Of a stretch of 64,000 bases of DNA, positions 50,841 through 60,689 are shown one piece after another (the first letter of the stretch is position 1; each line of letters opens with the position of its first letter). The notes under the pieces are model-generated. The model ran no database searches and had not been told where the DNA came from. It saw only the letters and a program-made list of their open reading frames with translations. Both the position numbers and the translations under genes were made by a program. Origin of the DNA: Candidatus Paceibacter sp. (GTDB lineage: Bacteria; Patescibacteriota; Patescibacteriia; Magasanikbacterales; UBA922); the NCBI GenBank assembly GCA_020725175.1, contig DYFM01000006.1, positions 2,190-66,189 of the forward strand. Reading direction: 5' to 3'.

Positions 50841-52114
50841 TCACTCCTCCTTCTTTGCGGGATAAAAACGAGTTTCTAATAATTCACACTTAACAAAACT
50901 ACATTCCCCGACAGGTGGCACATCATGATCGGAAGCTGTCTCTAAATAATAGTAAGAAATACCATTGTAATTGGTAAATGGACGCACCCCATTATATTTA
51001 CCTGGAACACCGACAGCTGCGTGTCTCCTATCATCTTCTGTGGCAATACTTAAATAAAGACAATCAATATGAACGGCATTGAGTAAGGAGATAGCCAACA
51101 TTGCAGATTCATTACACTGAGCATGTCCATTTAATAAAACGGCTTCTGGAGAAGCATTTCCGTCAGTGTTATTTGAATATTCTATTTCTTTTGAAACAAA
51201 TGTATGTATTTTTCTTACTTTACCTTCTACTATTCTCTCTCCTCCAACCACCGCCTCTGCTAATTCTTTTATAACTGAGGTTAACTTTATTTCTTTTTGA
51301 TCATAAGAGGGTAATTCATACTTTTCTTGATTATCAAGAACTTGTTGTATGGGAACTACGTAACTTTTTTTTCTCCATTAACATCAAGATGGACAGTAAC
51401 ATTCGGATCTTCTCTAAGCATGTTCGTAGGTATTTTAATAGTACCGCCAGCCTTAGGAGGAAGTATTAAATGATTCTTTATTCCAAAAATCCTATATGTT
51501 CGATCATACACCGCCCATCTCCCCTCTTTCTTTCTATATACACCAATTGTATATTCTTGGTTTTTTCCATGATACTTAACATCACGTATTTTATTATTTC
51601 CATCACGGATTATATCTATTTTTTCTCTATCAAGACTTACGCTTGTAAGAAGTTTCATGTTATTTACTACCAATTCAATAAGCTGTTCATCTGTTAAATC
51701 ATCTCGAAGATAATCTTGAATGTCAGCCCATGAACCTTCCTTTTCACCCTGCAGGTCTTTTTCAGTAAAATATGGCATTTTATCATACTTTTTTCTAGGA
51801 GCTTCCGAAAGAGGACCGATTGTCATTGGACCCAGTAGAGACAATGATAACTCAGAATCAGTAACTTGTACCGGCAAGAAATATGGTGAAATACATCTTA
51901 TTGCCGCTTTTGTTTCTAAGCCATTTCCTTCTATATTTTTTTTAATAAACGTAGTAAATTGTGTTTTACTATCATTTTCCTTTTGTTCAGGTTGTGATTC
52001 TATACCTGCTTTCACATATATCACTTTCACATCCCTTTTACACCCATTTCCTCCACCGAACACCAAAGAAGCAGCTGCCGCTGTAGTTGATAGTAGAAAT
52101 TGTCTTCTCGACAC
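50841..52114 (-). pseudogene. Tat-type lipoprotein with C-terminal transglutaminase-like domain, frameshifted at an A8 run (51365-51372)
   Basis: adding one A joins ORF 51356-52114 to ORF 50841-51251 without a stop; SRRQFL signal, lipobox-like Cys, QC/HAAVG/YLETA. Confidence 0.7.
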
Positions 52115-52168
52115 ATTTTTTCACAACTCATATATATCTATTACTTTTAATACCAAGGCAAACAATAA

Positions 52169-52894
52169 TTATCTCCCCACATACTCAATCTCTCCCTGAT
52201 CCAACCGTCGCAAACCAGCATCATTTGTCATTTCTTCATATATATGTGCCACCAGCCCTGGTACACGCGCAATAATAAACAACCCCTTCATGATCTGCCA
52301 ATCAAATCCCATGTCAGACAAAATCGCTGCCATTGAGCCATCGATATTGATTGGCAACGGCTTTGAAGATTGTTCATTCAGTGCATCGTGAACCGCAAGG
52401 GCAAATTCACAATGTTTTCCAAAAAAACCAACCTCACGTGCCATATCAAACAGAGCTTTGCTCCGATGATCAACTTTTAAAACAGCATGCCCATACCCCG
52501 GAATTCGTATTTTTTCTTGTTTAAACGTTTTTACCAAGCCCGCGACATGTTCTTCTCCAACATGAAACTGAAAAAACTTGGCCGCCCCTTCAATTGCCCC
52601 ACCATGTCGTTCACCCATCGCCAAGATGCCGGCAGCCAGCGACGTGTGGAGATTATTTTTTGCTGACGCCGTGATTCGGACCACTTGTCCAGAAGCGGTG
52701 CCAGGACCATGATCGATTGCAGCGGTAAACAATGCGTTTAACATCTTCGTTTCTTTTTCCGTCGGTAATTGCCCCCGCAAGATCAAAAAAATAGTCTCGA
52801 CAAAAGAATGATTTTTGATTAGTTCTTCGAGCGCATAACCGCGGATGAATTCGTGTTCGTTGACGATGTTGGTGATGGAGGTGGTGTATTTCAT
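52169..52894 (-). CDS. citryl-CoA lyase (citrate-synthase-like domain of ATP-citrate lyase)
   Basis: DHGP, G.RHGGAIE, IPGYGH, NIDG, ARVPGL.AH. Confidence 0.88.
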   Translation of the reverse strand: MKYTTSITNIVNEHEFIRGYALEELIKNHSFVETIFLILRGQLPTEKETKMLNALFTAAIDHGPGTASGQVVRITASAKNNLHTSLAAGILAMGERHGGAIEGAAKFFQFHVGEEHVAGLVKTFKQEKIRIPGYGHAVLKVDHRSKALFDMAREVGFFGKHCEFALAVHDALNEQSSKPLPINIDGSMAAILSDMGFDWQIMKGLFIIARVPGLVAHIYEEMTNDAGLRRLDQGEIEYVGR

Positions 52895-52914
52895 ATTTTT
52901 ATATCAATAACTAA

Positions 52915-53292
52915 CTAAACCTTATCCTTTAGACATTTAATACCCTTAATCAACTTATTCAACTCTTTTGCAATCTCATTTAGTGTTTGCAAGATTTTTA
53001 CAGAGATAGCATCCGATACTAAAGAACGTTTATTTGCCTGCTTTATCCAAAATTGCGATTCGTACAATGAGCCGCGGGCGTAATAATAGAATTTTACTTT
53101 ATCAGCATAGTGATATCGCCCAAATGCCTCAGCAATGTTTGCAGCAATTGAATCTACAGCCCTCGTCAATTGTTTTCCAATACTGTCCTTCTCAAAATAT
53201 TTCCACTTTACTATTTCATTCCAAACCACATCGGATACTTCTACCGAAGCAATATACACCGGCATATCTTGCAAGTAAAGTATTTCTTTCAT
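52915..53292 (-). CDS. four-helix-bundle protein (23S rRNA IVP-like family)
   Basis: QLTRAVDSIAANIAEAFGR, FYYYARGSLYE. Confidence 0.93.
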   Translation of the reverse strand: MKEILYLQDMPVYIASVEVSDVVWNEIVKWKYFEKDSIGKQLTRAVDSIAANIAEAFGRYHYADKVKFYYYARGSLYESQFWIKQANKRSLVSDAISVKILQTLNEIAKELNKLIKGIKCLKDKV

Positions 53293-53365
53293 ACTATACC
53301 CGATACTGATATTAATATCGATATACAACGTATTAAACTGCTATAGCCTTGATATTTATTTTACC

Positions 53366-54262
53366 TTATGCAAAGGGTGCTACTAAAGTAACAAGATCTT
53401 CATATCGCTCTGCAATCATCACACCCACCTCTTTCAGTACAACTTCCTTCTCCTCGGCACTCTGCCCTCGCCCGACAATCGCCCCAGCATGACCGATGTT
53501 CATTCCTTCGGGAAATAAATTGGCAAATTTCCCACCGATGTAAATTGCGAGAGGTTTGGTAAATCCACCAGATTTAATCAAATCAACAATTTCAAATTCA
53601 TAACTACCACCATGTTCTCCAAAGATAACTACGGCTTTCGTATTTTCATCCTGCTCAAATTCTTTTAACAAATCAGCATACGTAGTGCCCATCAACAAAT
53701 CACCGCCCACATGTACCGCCGCACTTTGTCCCAGACCGGCTTTTCGAATTTGCCAGGCGACTTCATTGGTCATACCACCTGATCGAGAAATAAGACCAAT
53801 TGATCCCAGTTGAAATACCTGATCACAAAGTTCTTTTGGACCACCGACCACACCAATTCGTCCGACCCCCGGAACGATGAACCCAAGCGAGCTTGGTCCG
53901 ATGATGCGAATGTTTTTTTCTTTAGCGGCGGCGAGACAGTAAGCAGTATCTTTAATTGGAATACGTTCAACGATTACACTGATGAGTGGAATATCAGTAT
54001 CAATCGCTTCCAGAATTGCGGCTTTGGCAGCAAACGGTGGAACATAAACAGCGCTCACCGAAACATCTGGGTATTGTTGCTTCGCTTCTGTTACGGAATT
54101 AAACACCGGCTTTCCTTCTACTTCCTGTCCACCCTTACCCGGTGTTACCCCACATACAACATTTGTACCATACTCAAACATAGCCTTGGCAGCTTTTTGT
54201 CCTTCTTTACCGGTGATACCTTGGATAAGGACAGAAGTATGTTGTTGAAGAAGAAAACTCAT
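53366..54262 (-). CDS. SucD-like CoA-binding subunit (citryl-CoA synthetase / ATP-citrate lyase alpha part)
   Basis: QGITG, GVTPGKGG, IIGP, SRSGGM, GHAGA phospho-His. Confidence 0.88.
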   Translation of the reverse strand: MSFLLQQHTSVLIQGITGKEGQKAAKAMFEYGTNVVCGVTPGKGGQEVEGKPVFNSVTEAKQQYPDVSVSAVYVPPFAAKAAILEAIDTDIPLISVIVERIPIKDTAYCLAAAKEKNIRIIGPSSLGFIVPGVGRIGVVGGPKELCDQVFQLGSIGLISRSGGMTNEVAWQIRKAGLGQSAAVHVGGDLLMGTTYADLLKEFEQDENTKAVVIFGEHGGSYEFEIVDLIKSGGFTKPLAIYIGGKFANLFPEGMNIGHAGAIVGRGQSAEEKEVVLKEVGVMIAERYEDLVTLVAPFA

Positions 54263-54738
54263 ATGGATGTAAATGCGCCAATAAAGACAGTAAACAAAAT
54301 TATTAGGGAAATAACAGTACTCACAAAAAACCAAACAGAAAAAATACCGTGCACAATACGGTACATTTGGACAGATTTTGATGAAACAAGAGCCAATAGC
54401 CAAAAAAATAGTACATAATATACCGCCGGAACCAGAAACAACCAAAAACTTTCGCCACCTGAAAAGATACTATCCACTACCCACAAAATGAACGTAGAAG
54501 GAAACATGGTGACAATCCACAAAACAATCACTGGCAGGGATGTGAGATAGCTCCAAACAGTATCAGGAATATTGGCAATACGTCCGAGATATATAAGAAA
54601 GGTAATAATGATCAATGCAAACAACAATAATGTTCCGTGAAGTCCAAGCCAAAAGAAGGCCATCTTTTTTCGCGAACGATGATATATGTTTTCTCCTTGC
54701 TCAGTGAAACCGAGAATTAGATTCAGAAGTTTTTTCAT
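54259..54738 (-). CDS. hypothetical integral membrane protein
   Basis: 159 aa, about 4 TM helices, overlaps the downstream start codon. Confidence 0.6.
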   Translation of the reverse strand: MKKLLNLILGFTEQGENIYHRSRKKMAFFWLGLHGTLLLFALIIITFLIYLGRIANIPDTVWSYLTSLPVIVLWIVTMFPSTFILWVVDSIFSGGESFWLFLVPAVYYVLFFWLLALVSSKSVQMYRIVHGIFSVWFFVSTVISLIILFTVFIGAFTSI

Positions 54739-54739
54739 A

Positions 54740-54985
54740 CTATATTTGTTGCAACAACTCTTGTTTCCTTTTTTTAGATATCTTCGTCCAATGTTTATTC
54801 GTCAAAGCACCCTCGATAGCCCACAATGCATTTAGAGATACTGATGGCACATGTGCTTTCAGTGCTTTATACGCTTCCACCACACCCACCTCTTTCAGAT
54901 CTTCTTTCGAAAAAATTCCGACATGGTTTAGCCAATGGCCGGTGGTTTTGCCGATGTTTTTGAGTTTGGTGACGGGAGTGGACAT
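54740..54985 (-). CDS. TfoX C-terminal domain protein
   Basis: LKNIG....WL..VGI, LNALWAIEGAL...HW. Confidence 0.85.
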   Translation of the reverse strand: MSTPVTKLKNIGKTTGHWLNHVGIFSKEDLKEVGVVEAYKALKAHVPSVSLNALWAIEGALTNKHWTKISKKRKQELLQQI

Positions 54986-55188
54986 ACAATCTAAAATGTA
55001 TAGATACAAAACAATAAACTAATGATCTTGTGGCAATAAATAACTGACCAACCAACCGACTAGTGTGTTAAGTAATCAGTACTGAACAATACCAGAAAAA
55101 GCAACAAAAGTCATTTCGACACCCAGTGACTCATAAAACACCAAAAACCCCTACCTAAGCTTATTTTCAAAGCATCTTTTTACTTTTT

Positions 55189-57387
55189 CTATCTTTTTTT
55201 TGATTGCTTCTTAGGTTTAACCACAGGATCACCTATTGACCTTGACCGACGATATTCTTGAATTAACGTCATGTTTTTTAACATATATGTATACACATCT
55301 GTATACGAACCATTCCTAAAACCAAAATTAAAATTATAGCTTGATAATGGATTTGCAGTATGTTCAAAAGCCGCAGATTCGGCTTCAAACCCAAAAGCTG
55401 TATATTCAGATGGAACACCGTATGTACTAAGTTTTGAGTTTTTTATTTGGGGAGTCGTCATCCAAACCCTATCATATGAATCTCTAAAAAAAAGATATTC
55501 CAATGTACTGTCTTTTGATGGTATACACTCTACCTCGACTGGACCATAGTATAAAGGCGCGTCGATAGACATTTTTTTACCAGCTTTTGAAAAATCTGGT
55601 TTCATTTCTTGGGTAATTTGTCTTACATCATAATTTGACCTAAATCCAGGCTCAATATATTGATATCTCAATTTTGTTTTATTTGAGAATCTCATATCGG
55701 ATGTCCTCTTATCCCCCAACTCTTCGGTCAAATCCTCATAACCAAAAACCCTGTCATGCTCAGGAGCTAGTTTTTTAATTCCATCTGACTGTTTTTCAAT
55801 CGTCCATAAGGAAAACTGTACATCAAAGGGAAGATTAATATCATGCTCTCCATCCCCTTTCCCATGCCACGTTATTTTTCCATTCTCCTGTGAATGGTAT
55901 GGCAAAATTCTCCATACGAGGTGTGATGTACTTTTATATATTCCTCTACCATACACTTTTTTTCCCACTTGCACATACATTATCCTCCAAATATGATCTG
56001 ACTTCCCCCCACTATAACAATCTGAAAAGTATAGTGTGACTCCATCTTTCTCACATTTATACACTGGTAATAAGCCCATTTCCTCTAAATGTTCAGTAGA
56101 TATACGGTCACTATCAAATTTTGCACTTCTTAGCAACCATTTTGCTTTTTTAGGATCCACCTTCTCAAATCCATTCATATCCACGCCATCATATTCCACA
56201 TTAGCCCTGTTCTTTTCATATTCCACCGGAGGACGAATAAGGAATACTTGATCATAACCACGATCGTCGCCTACTTCTACTCGTAGTTTTTTCTTTTCTC
56301 CATCAGAAAAATATATATCATTTCCACTAAAAGAAATTCTCGGGTTAAAGCTCACACCTATCTGCTTTCCACCAGAATAATATGACGCTTTAAAACCTTT
56401 TTTTTGCCTCCATATTTTAAAATAAGAAGGTTCTTCGCCATTTGTTATTGCGTCAAACAAGACATATATTTTTAAATAACTTCCTGGTATTAATAACTCT
56501 TCGGGTATATTTATTTTATCTCGTTTATTCATGGATCTACCTTCTCTTCCTCTAATCTCCCGATATAATTGTTGTTTTCTCACCCAAAATTCATTCCTTC
56601 TCTTTTCTAATCCACTGAATAACCACGGTGGTAAAGGTTGTTCTTTATGTCTATGATCAATCATATATCCAAATTGTGGAGACTTAGCTATCCTCTCAAT
56701 AACTTTTTGTTTTTTCTCATTGTCAATTTGTTCATTATTAGAAAATGAACTCAATATCCTAGTAAAAATATTAATATCTAGATCTGGCAAATGTAAAAAA
56801 GAATCTATAGCTTGGGCCAAAAATTTACTCATCACATCGCTACTGACTGTTCCTCCACCTTGATTCATATCACGTGATTCTAATAAAAAATACAAATTTT
56901 CACAATTCATTAAAACAATTTTTGCATTTGTATCTGTTAAACTTTCGGTCTGATTCAAATTAATAAAGGTTTCGATATTATCCAAACTTTTTTTGATTAG
57001 ATCAATACCAGATTGTTCAAAAGAAATAAATTCTAATAGTCTTTTCAGCAAGAGCAGGTTTCCGTCTGGACTTCTTTGCGCTAACGAACTCGAATTCCCT
57101 TTTTTATGGTTTGCAAACTCATAAGATAGAATTAAACCATTTATTTCACGACTCTTGCCATATCTCAACTTGTTGTTATAAAAATCATCAACCGCAGATG
57201 TCTTATCTTCCGGAGAAACACTATCATTATTTAAAATTGCCACAACGTCACTGTATCCGGTTTCTAATTCTCTTAAGTATTCTTTATTTTCAGGTGATAC
57301 CTCTGATTGAGAAATGCTCTTTACCAAATCTGCAAAAGAACCATTAAAATTAACTCCTCTAAATTTTTTTTCAAGTTCTTCACTCAT
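55189..57387 (-). CDS. large AT-rich hypothetical protein
   Basis: ~730-aa ORF with no recognised motif. Confidence 0.7.
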   Translation of the reverse strand: MSEELEKKFRGVNFNGSFADLVKSISQSEVSPENKEYLRELETGYSDVVAILNNDSVSPEDKTSAVDDFYNNKLRYGKSREINGLILSYEFANHKKGNSSSLAQRSPDGNLLLLKRLLEFISFEQSGIDLIKKSLDNIETFINLNQTESLTDTNAKIVLMNCENLYFLLESRDMNQGGGTVSSDVMSKFLAQAIDSFLHLPDLDINIFTRILSSFSNNEQIDNEKKQKVIERIAKSPQFGYMIDHRHKEQPLPPWLFSGLEKRRNEFWVRKQQLYREIRGREGRSMNKRDKINIPEELLIPGSYLKIYVLFDAITNGEEPSYFKIWRQKKGFKASYYSGGKQIGVSFNPRISFSGNDIYFSDGEKKKLRVEVGDDRGYDQVFLIRPPVEYEKNRANVEYDGVDMNGFEKVDPKKAKWLLRSAKFDSDRISTEHLEEMGLLPVYKCEKDGVTLYFSDCYSGGKSDHIWRIMYVQVGKKVYGRGIYKSTSHLVWRILPYHSQENGKITWHGKGDGEHDINLPFDVQFSLWTIEKQSDGIKKLAPEHDRVFGYEDLTEELGDKRTSDMRFSNKTKLRYQYIEPGFRSNYDVRQITQEMKPDFSKAGKKMSIDAPLYYGPVEVECIPSKDSTLEYLFFRDSYDRVWMTTPQIKNSKLSTYGVPSEYTAFGFEAESAAFEHTANPLSSYNFNFGFRNGSYTDVYTYMLKNMTLIQEYRRSRSIGDPVVKPKKQSKKR

Positions 57388-57409
57388 AATATTTTTTATT
57401 AAAAAATTT

Positions 57410-58633
57410 TTATACATTAATTATATTTGTAAGTACTTTCACACTCTCACTCATACTCATTTCCTTCCCAAACAATTTCATATTCAACCCATTCCGTTTA
57501 GCACATTCTCGCATCAATTTCATTCCTTCCTCTTCATAAGGACCAGCTCGACGGACCACAATCGGATACGCCGGCTTCAATTCATCGAGTGCGTCAACTA
57601 TGCCATGGAAAGTTTCTTCAATATTCGTAAAGTTGGCCACACCACCGGCAACCCAAAGTCCTCGCAACCCGGGTTTTGACAGTACAATTTTTGCAAGTTG
57701 ATACACTTTTTCGCGCGGAGGATTTCCGGAATATTCGGTATAATTTGCCGGTTGCAAACCTTCTTTTATGAGCGCATCCATGTTGGCAATACTGGCACCG
57801 CCTCCGGAAAACAAAATTGCAATATCACCGTCCATTTCTATGTATTTACCGGCAGTTCCTCGATAATAACCTTCACCCTCGTCTATCTTCTTCACCGCCA
57901 ATTCTCTTTCCGTCGGTAAGCGACCCAACATCGTGCGAGGTTCAAATTCATCCCATTTAGTGATACTAGCAGGATCAAGTCCTTTTTCTTTAGCTTTTTC
58001 TTGTGCTTCTGTGGAATGACGATAAAACGCATCATCATCAAGCGCAACTTTAGCATCAGCTGCTACCCACTGCCCATCACTCGTTTTAACCAATGGGTTA
58101 ATCTCTACCAGACGAGCATCTTCTGAAAAGAAACAGCTCCAGAGATTCTGAATGATATTGATATCGATATTAATATCAATATCAGTTAGTAATTTTACTT
58201 CTTTTGTCCGAACGTCTAATGGTAATTTTATAATCTTTGAACTTGCAACGTCTTCAATATCCATCCCACCTTCACTCGAATACACCAACACCGGCTGTTT
58301 CGTATTTGTATCGTAAATAATTGATAAATAATGTTCTTCGGCAATAGAAAGTTTTTCTTCAATTCGAACGACCGCGACATACTGTCCTTTAATTTGAATA
58401 CCAAACAATTCATTGACCGCTTTTTCAACTTCTTCAGCAGTTGAACAAAATCGAATACCATTATTTTTTCCCCGTTTACCTGAGAGAACTTGTGCTTTTA
58501 CCACCACCTCTTCTCTATTTAATTGTGCATAGGTAGCGACAATATCATCACCACGACGAACCACAACTCCGTGTGGAATTGCTATACCATGTTTTTGGAA
58601 GAGTTTTTTGCCTTCGAATTCATAAAGGTTCAT
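57410..58633 (-). CDS. ATP-grasp SucC-like subunit with citrate-binding motif (ATP-citrate lyase beta type)
   Basis: MNLYEFEGK, VVKAQ...KRGK, EINPL, DAKV..DD.A, GGGAS, NY.EYSG.P, GGVANFT, RRAGP. Confidence 0.88.
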   Translation of the reverse strand: MNLYEFEGKKLFQKHGIAIPHGVVVRRGDDIVATYAQLNREEVVVKAQVLSGKRGKNNGIRFCSTAEEVEKAVNELFGIQIKGQYVAVVRIEEKLSIAEEHYLSIIYDTNTKQPVLVYSSEGGMDIEDVASSKIIKLPLDVRTKEVKLLTDIDINIDINIIQNLWSCFFSEDARLVEINPLVKTSDGQWVAADAKVALDDDAFYRHSTEAQEKAKEKGLDPASITKWDEFEPRTMLGRLPTERELAVKKIDEGEGYYRGTAGKYIEMDGDIAILFSGGGASIANMDALIKEGLQPANYTEYSGNPPREKVYQLAKIVLSKPGLRGLWVAGGVANFTNIEETFHGIVDALDELKPAYPIVVRRAGPYEEEGMKLMRECAKRNGLNMKLFGKEMSMSESVKVLTNIINV

Positions 58634-58666
58634 AGAGGTTTATGGAGTATACTATTTTACTATTGG

Positions 58667-59917
58667 TTAAGAATAAAAACTTGTTTCACCACGTTGTAAA
58701 CCAGCCACTATTTCATCATCAATTGCTTTTACCAATGACTTTGTTAGTATAGCATCTGTCGATTCAACATCTTTAAAATGCATTGACAAAAATAGTTTTC
58801 TTACAACTTCTAGTCTTTGAAAAGACTTACCACTAATTCCAAAAATATTATTCTTGAATAAATCTAACCAATTAGGTGACACTTTAGAACGATGCGTAAG
58901 CATCTCTTCCAAAAATTGCATCTTTTCATTTCCACCACATCTTTTTATATCCACACTAAACAGCTGTTTCCTAATCCCATCATGCTCATCAGTGTGATCA
59001 CTACTCGGTCTACTAGAAAAAATAAGGAAGCCAAATTCACCAAAAGCTTCCACTACACCAGAAATAACCTCTCCAAGCCTAACTTCACTACCACTATCAT
59101 AGGCTCTTTTCGCATCACCAAAAGTCAATGTGCTAGTTGTAGAAAAAAGAATACTTACAAGAGAAGTCAATTCTTGATACGACAATCCAACATTTGTACA
59201 CGGTTCATCAAGAATTCGCAATAATTTATCATTTTCAGAACTAAATTTTCTTTGCGTATGCCGGTATTCATGGACTAGCATCTCAGCCGCGCCGATAGAT
59301 TTTTTTTCTTGAGATATTATCAAATCAGCATCATCTTTGGACAAATAAATTGTTGCGTGAGTATTCCCCCTAACCATAAATTGACTTGGTGCATTTGTTA
59401 ACCGATACCATTCCGAATCCTCCCAACCTCTTTCTCCGCTAGCTGATAGATCCAGTACACGAACAGAAAATGGCTTACGACTATCATTGTCAATACCCAT
59501 CATTTCGTCATATTTTTTACGCAAGTGAAAACGGTCCGAAAACATAAATTCTTCAAGTTTTCGACCCCTCTCAATATCATTATATTGACTTAACTTGCGT
59601 TCAAATTCCTCATGCTCTTCTCTTTGTGATGATAATACTTCTAAATATCTCTTCGCAAAATCAACCTGCCCTTGACTCGTTCCAAGGATCTCACCTGAGA
59701 CAATCTTCAGTGCAACATCAAATAATCGGCGATCAACCTCAGAACTAAAACCACCCTCAGGAATAAATTTTTGTTTCACTTCATTTGTATCTAAAAAAAA
59801 ATCCTTCTCAGCACGAGCACTCAGCCCTATCGGACAATTCACATCGTGACCATGTGGAACAGTTTTAGCGCAAGCATAACATATATCATGATCACCTACT
59901 CCAATTCTTTCTCTCAT
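58667..59917 (-). CDS. hypothetical protein with HExxH motif and an N-terminal C/H cluster
   Basis: HEYRH...DE; CYAC..H...C at the N-terminus. Confidence 0.6.
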   Translation of the reverse strand: MRERIGVGDHDICYACAKTVPHGHDVNCPIGLSARAEKDFFLDTNEVKQKFIPEGGFSSEVDRRLFDVALKIVSGEILGTSQGQVDFAKRYLEVLSSQREEHEEFERKLSQYNDIERGRKLEEFMFSDRFHLRKKYDEMMGIDNDSRKPFSVRVLDLSASGERGWEDSEWYRLTNAPSQFMVRGNTHATIYLSKDDADLIISQEKKSIGAAEMLVHEYRHTQRKFSSENDKLLRILDEPCTNVGLSYQELTSLVSILFSTTSTLTFGDAKRAYDSGSEVRLGEVISGVVEAFGEFGFLIFSSRPSSDHTDEHDGIRKQLFSVDIKRCGGNEKMQFLEEMLTHRSKVSPNWLDLFKNNIFGISGKSFQRLEVVRKLFLSMHFKDVESTDAILTKSLVKAIDDEIVAGLQRGETSFYS

Positions 59918-59924
59918 ATTATTT

Positions 59925-60584
59925 CTAATTAACCCATTCCACAGGTAACTGTATTAGTAAACTCATAATATCCTTTTTTGTCACCAAACCAAACCCCATC
60001 TCCGTCGACACCAACTCAATCCGCCCTTTTTTCAACACTGTATCGGCTCCATACTTTACATCACCGACAATTGGGTGTCCAATATATGCAAACTGCGAAC
60101 GAATCTGGTGTGAGCGACCGGTCTTGAGGATGATTTTGACAATAGATTGATTCTGCTTTATTTCTACCACTTCATAATCCAATTCAGCTCGTTGTGATTC
60201 CGGAACAGCTCGTTCGTATACTTTAACCATGTTTCTCTCTCGGTCTTTTTTTAAATAATGCAGCAATGTTCCTCTGTTCTCTTTTAGCGTCCCTTCTACT
60301 AGCGCATGATATATTTTCGTTATCTTATGACTACGAAATTGCTCCGACAGTCTCGATGCGCCTTTACTCGTTTTGGCAAAAAGAATAATTCCGGCAACCG
60401 GACGATCAAGACGATGTAATAATCCCAAAAAAACATTTCCTGGTTTATGGTATTTTTGTTTTAGATAATATTTTACCTCATCCATGAGTGTTGCGTCACC
60501 TGTTTTATCCCCCTGCACCAGAACACCGGCCGGCTTATAGACGGCGATGAGGTGGTTGTCTTCGTAGAGAATATTTACAGCCAT
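59925..60584 (-). CDS. RluA-family pseudouridine synthase
   Basis: ILYEDNH, KPAG, HRLDRPVAG, TGRSHQIR, GD.KYG. Confidence 0.93.
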   Translation of the reverse strand: MAVNILYEDNHLIAVYKPAGVLVQGDKTGDATLMDEVKYYLKQKYHKPGNVFLGLLHRLDRPVAGIILFAKTSKGASRLSEQFRSHKITKIYHALVEGTLKENRGTLLHYLKKDRERNMVKVYERAVPESQRAELDYEVVEIKQNQSIVKIILKTGRSHQIRSQFAYIGHPIVGDVKYGADTVLKKGRIELVSTEMGFGLVTKKDIMSLLIQLPVEWVN

Positions 60585-60600
60585 ACTATATACAAGCGTA

Positions 60601-60682
60601 ATAGGAACGCGGATTGAACGGATTGAACGGATCACGACGGATCCGTTCGTATTCGTTGAATCCGTTTCATCTGTGTTCCTAT
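60601..60682. repeat. 9-mer (gaacggatt) fold-back array; homologous copy at 61580-61678
   Basis: ataggaacgcggattgaacggattgaacggat ... atccgtttcatctgtgttcctat. Confidence 0.85.
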
Positions 60683-60689
60683 CAACACA

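Noticed and set aside
52915-53292. Diversity-generating retroelement (Avd-like gene)
   Set aside because: No reverse transcriptase and no template/variable repeat pair differing at adenines was seen in the window.
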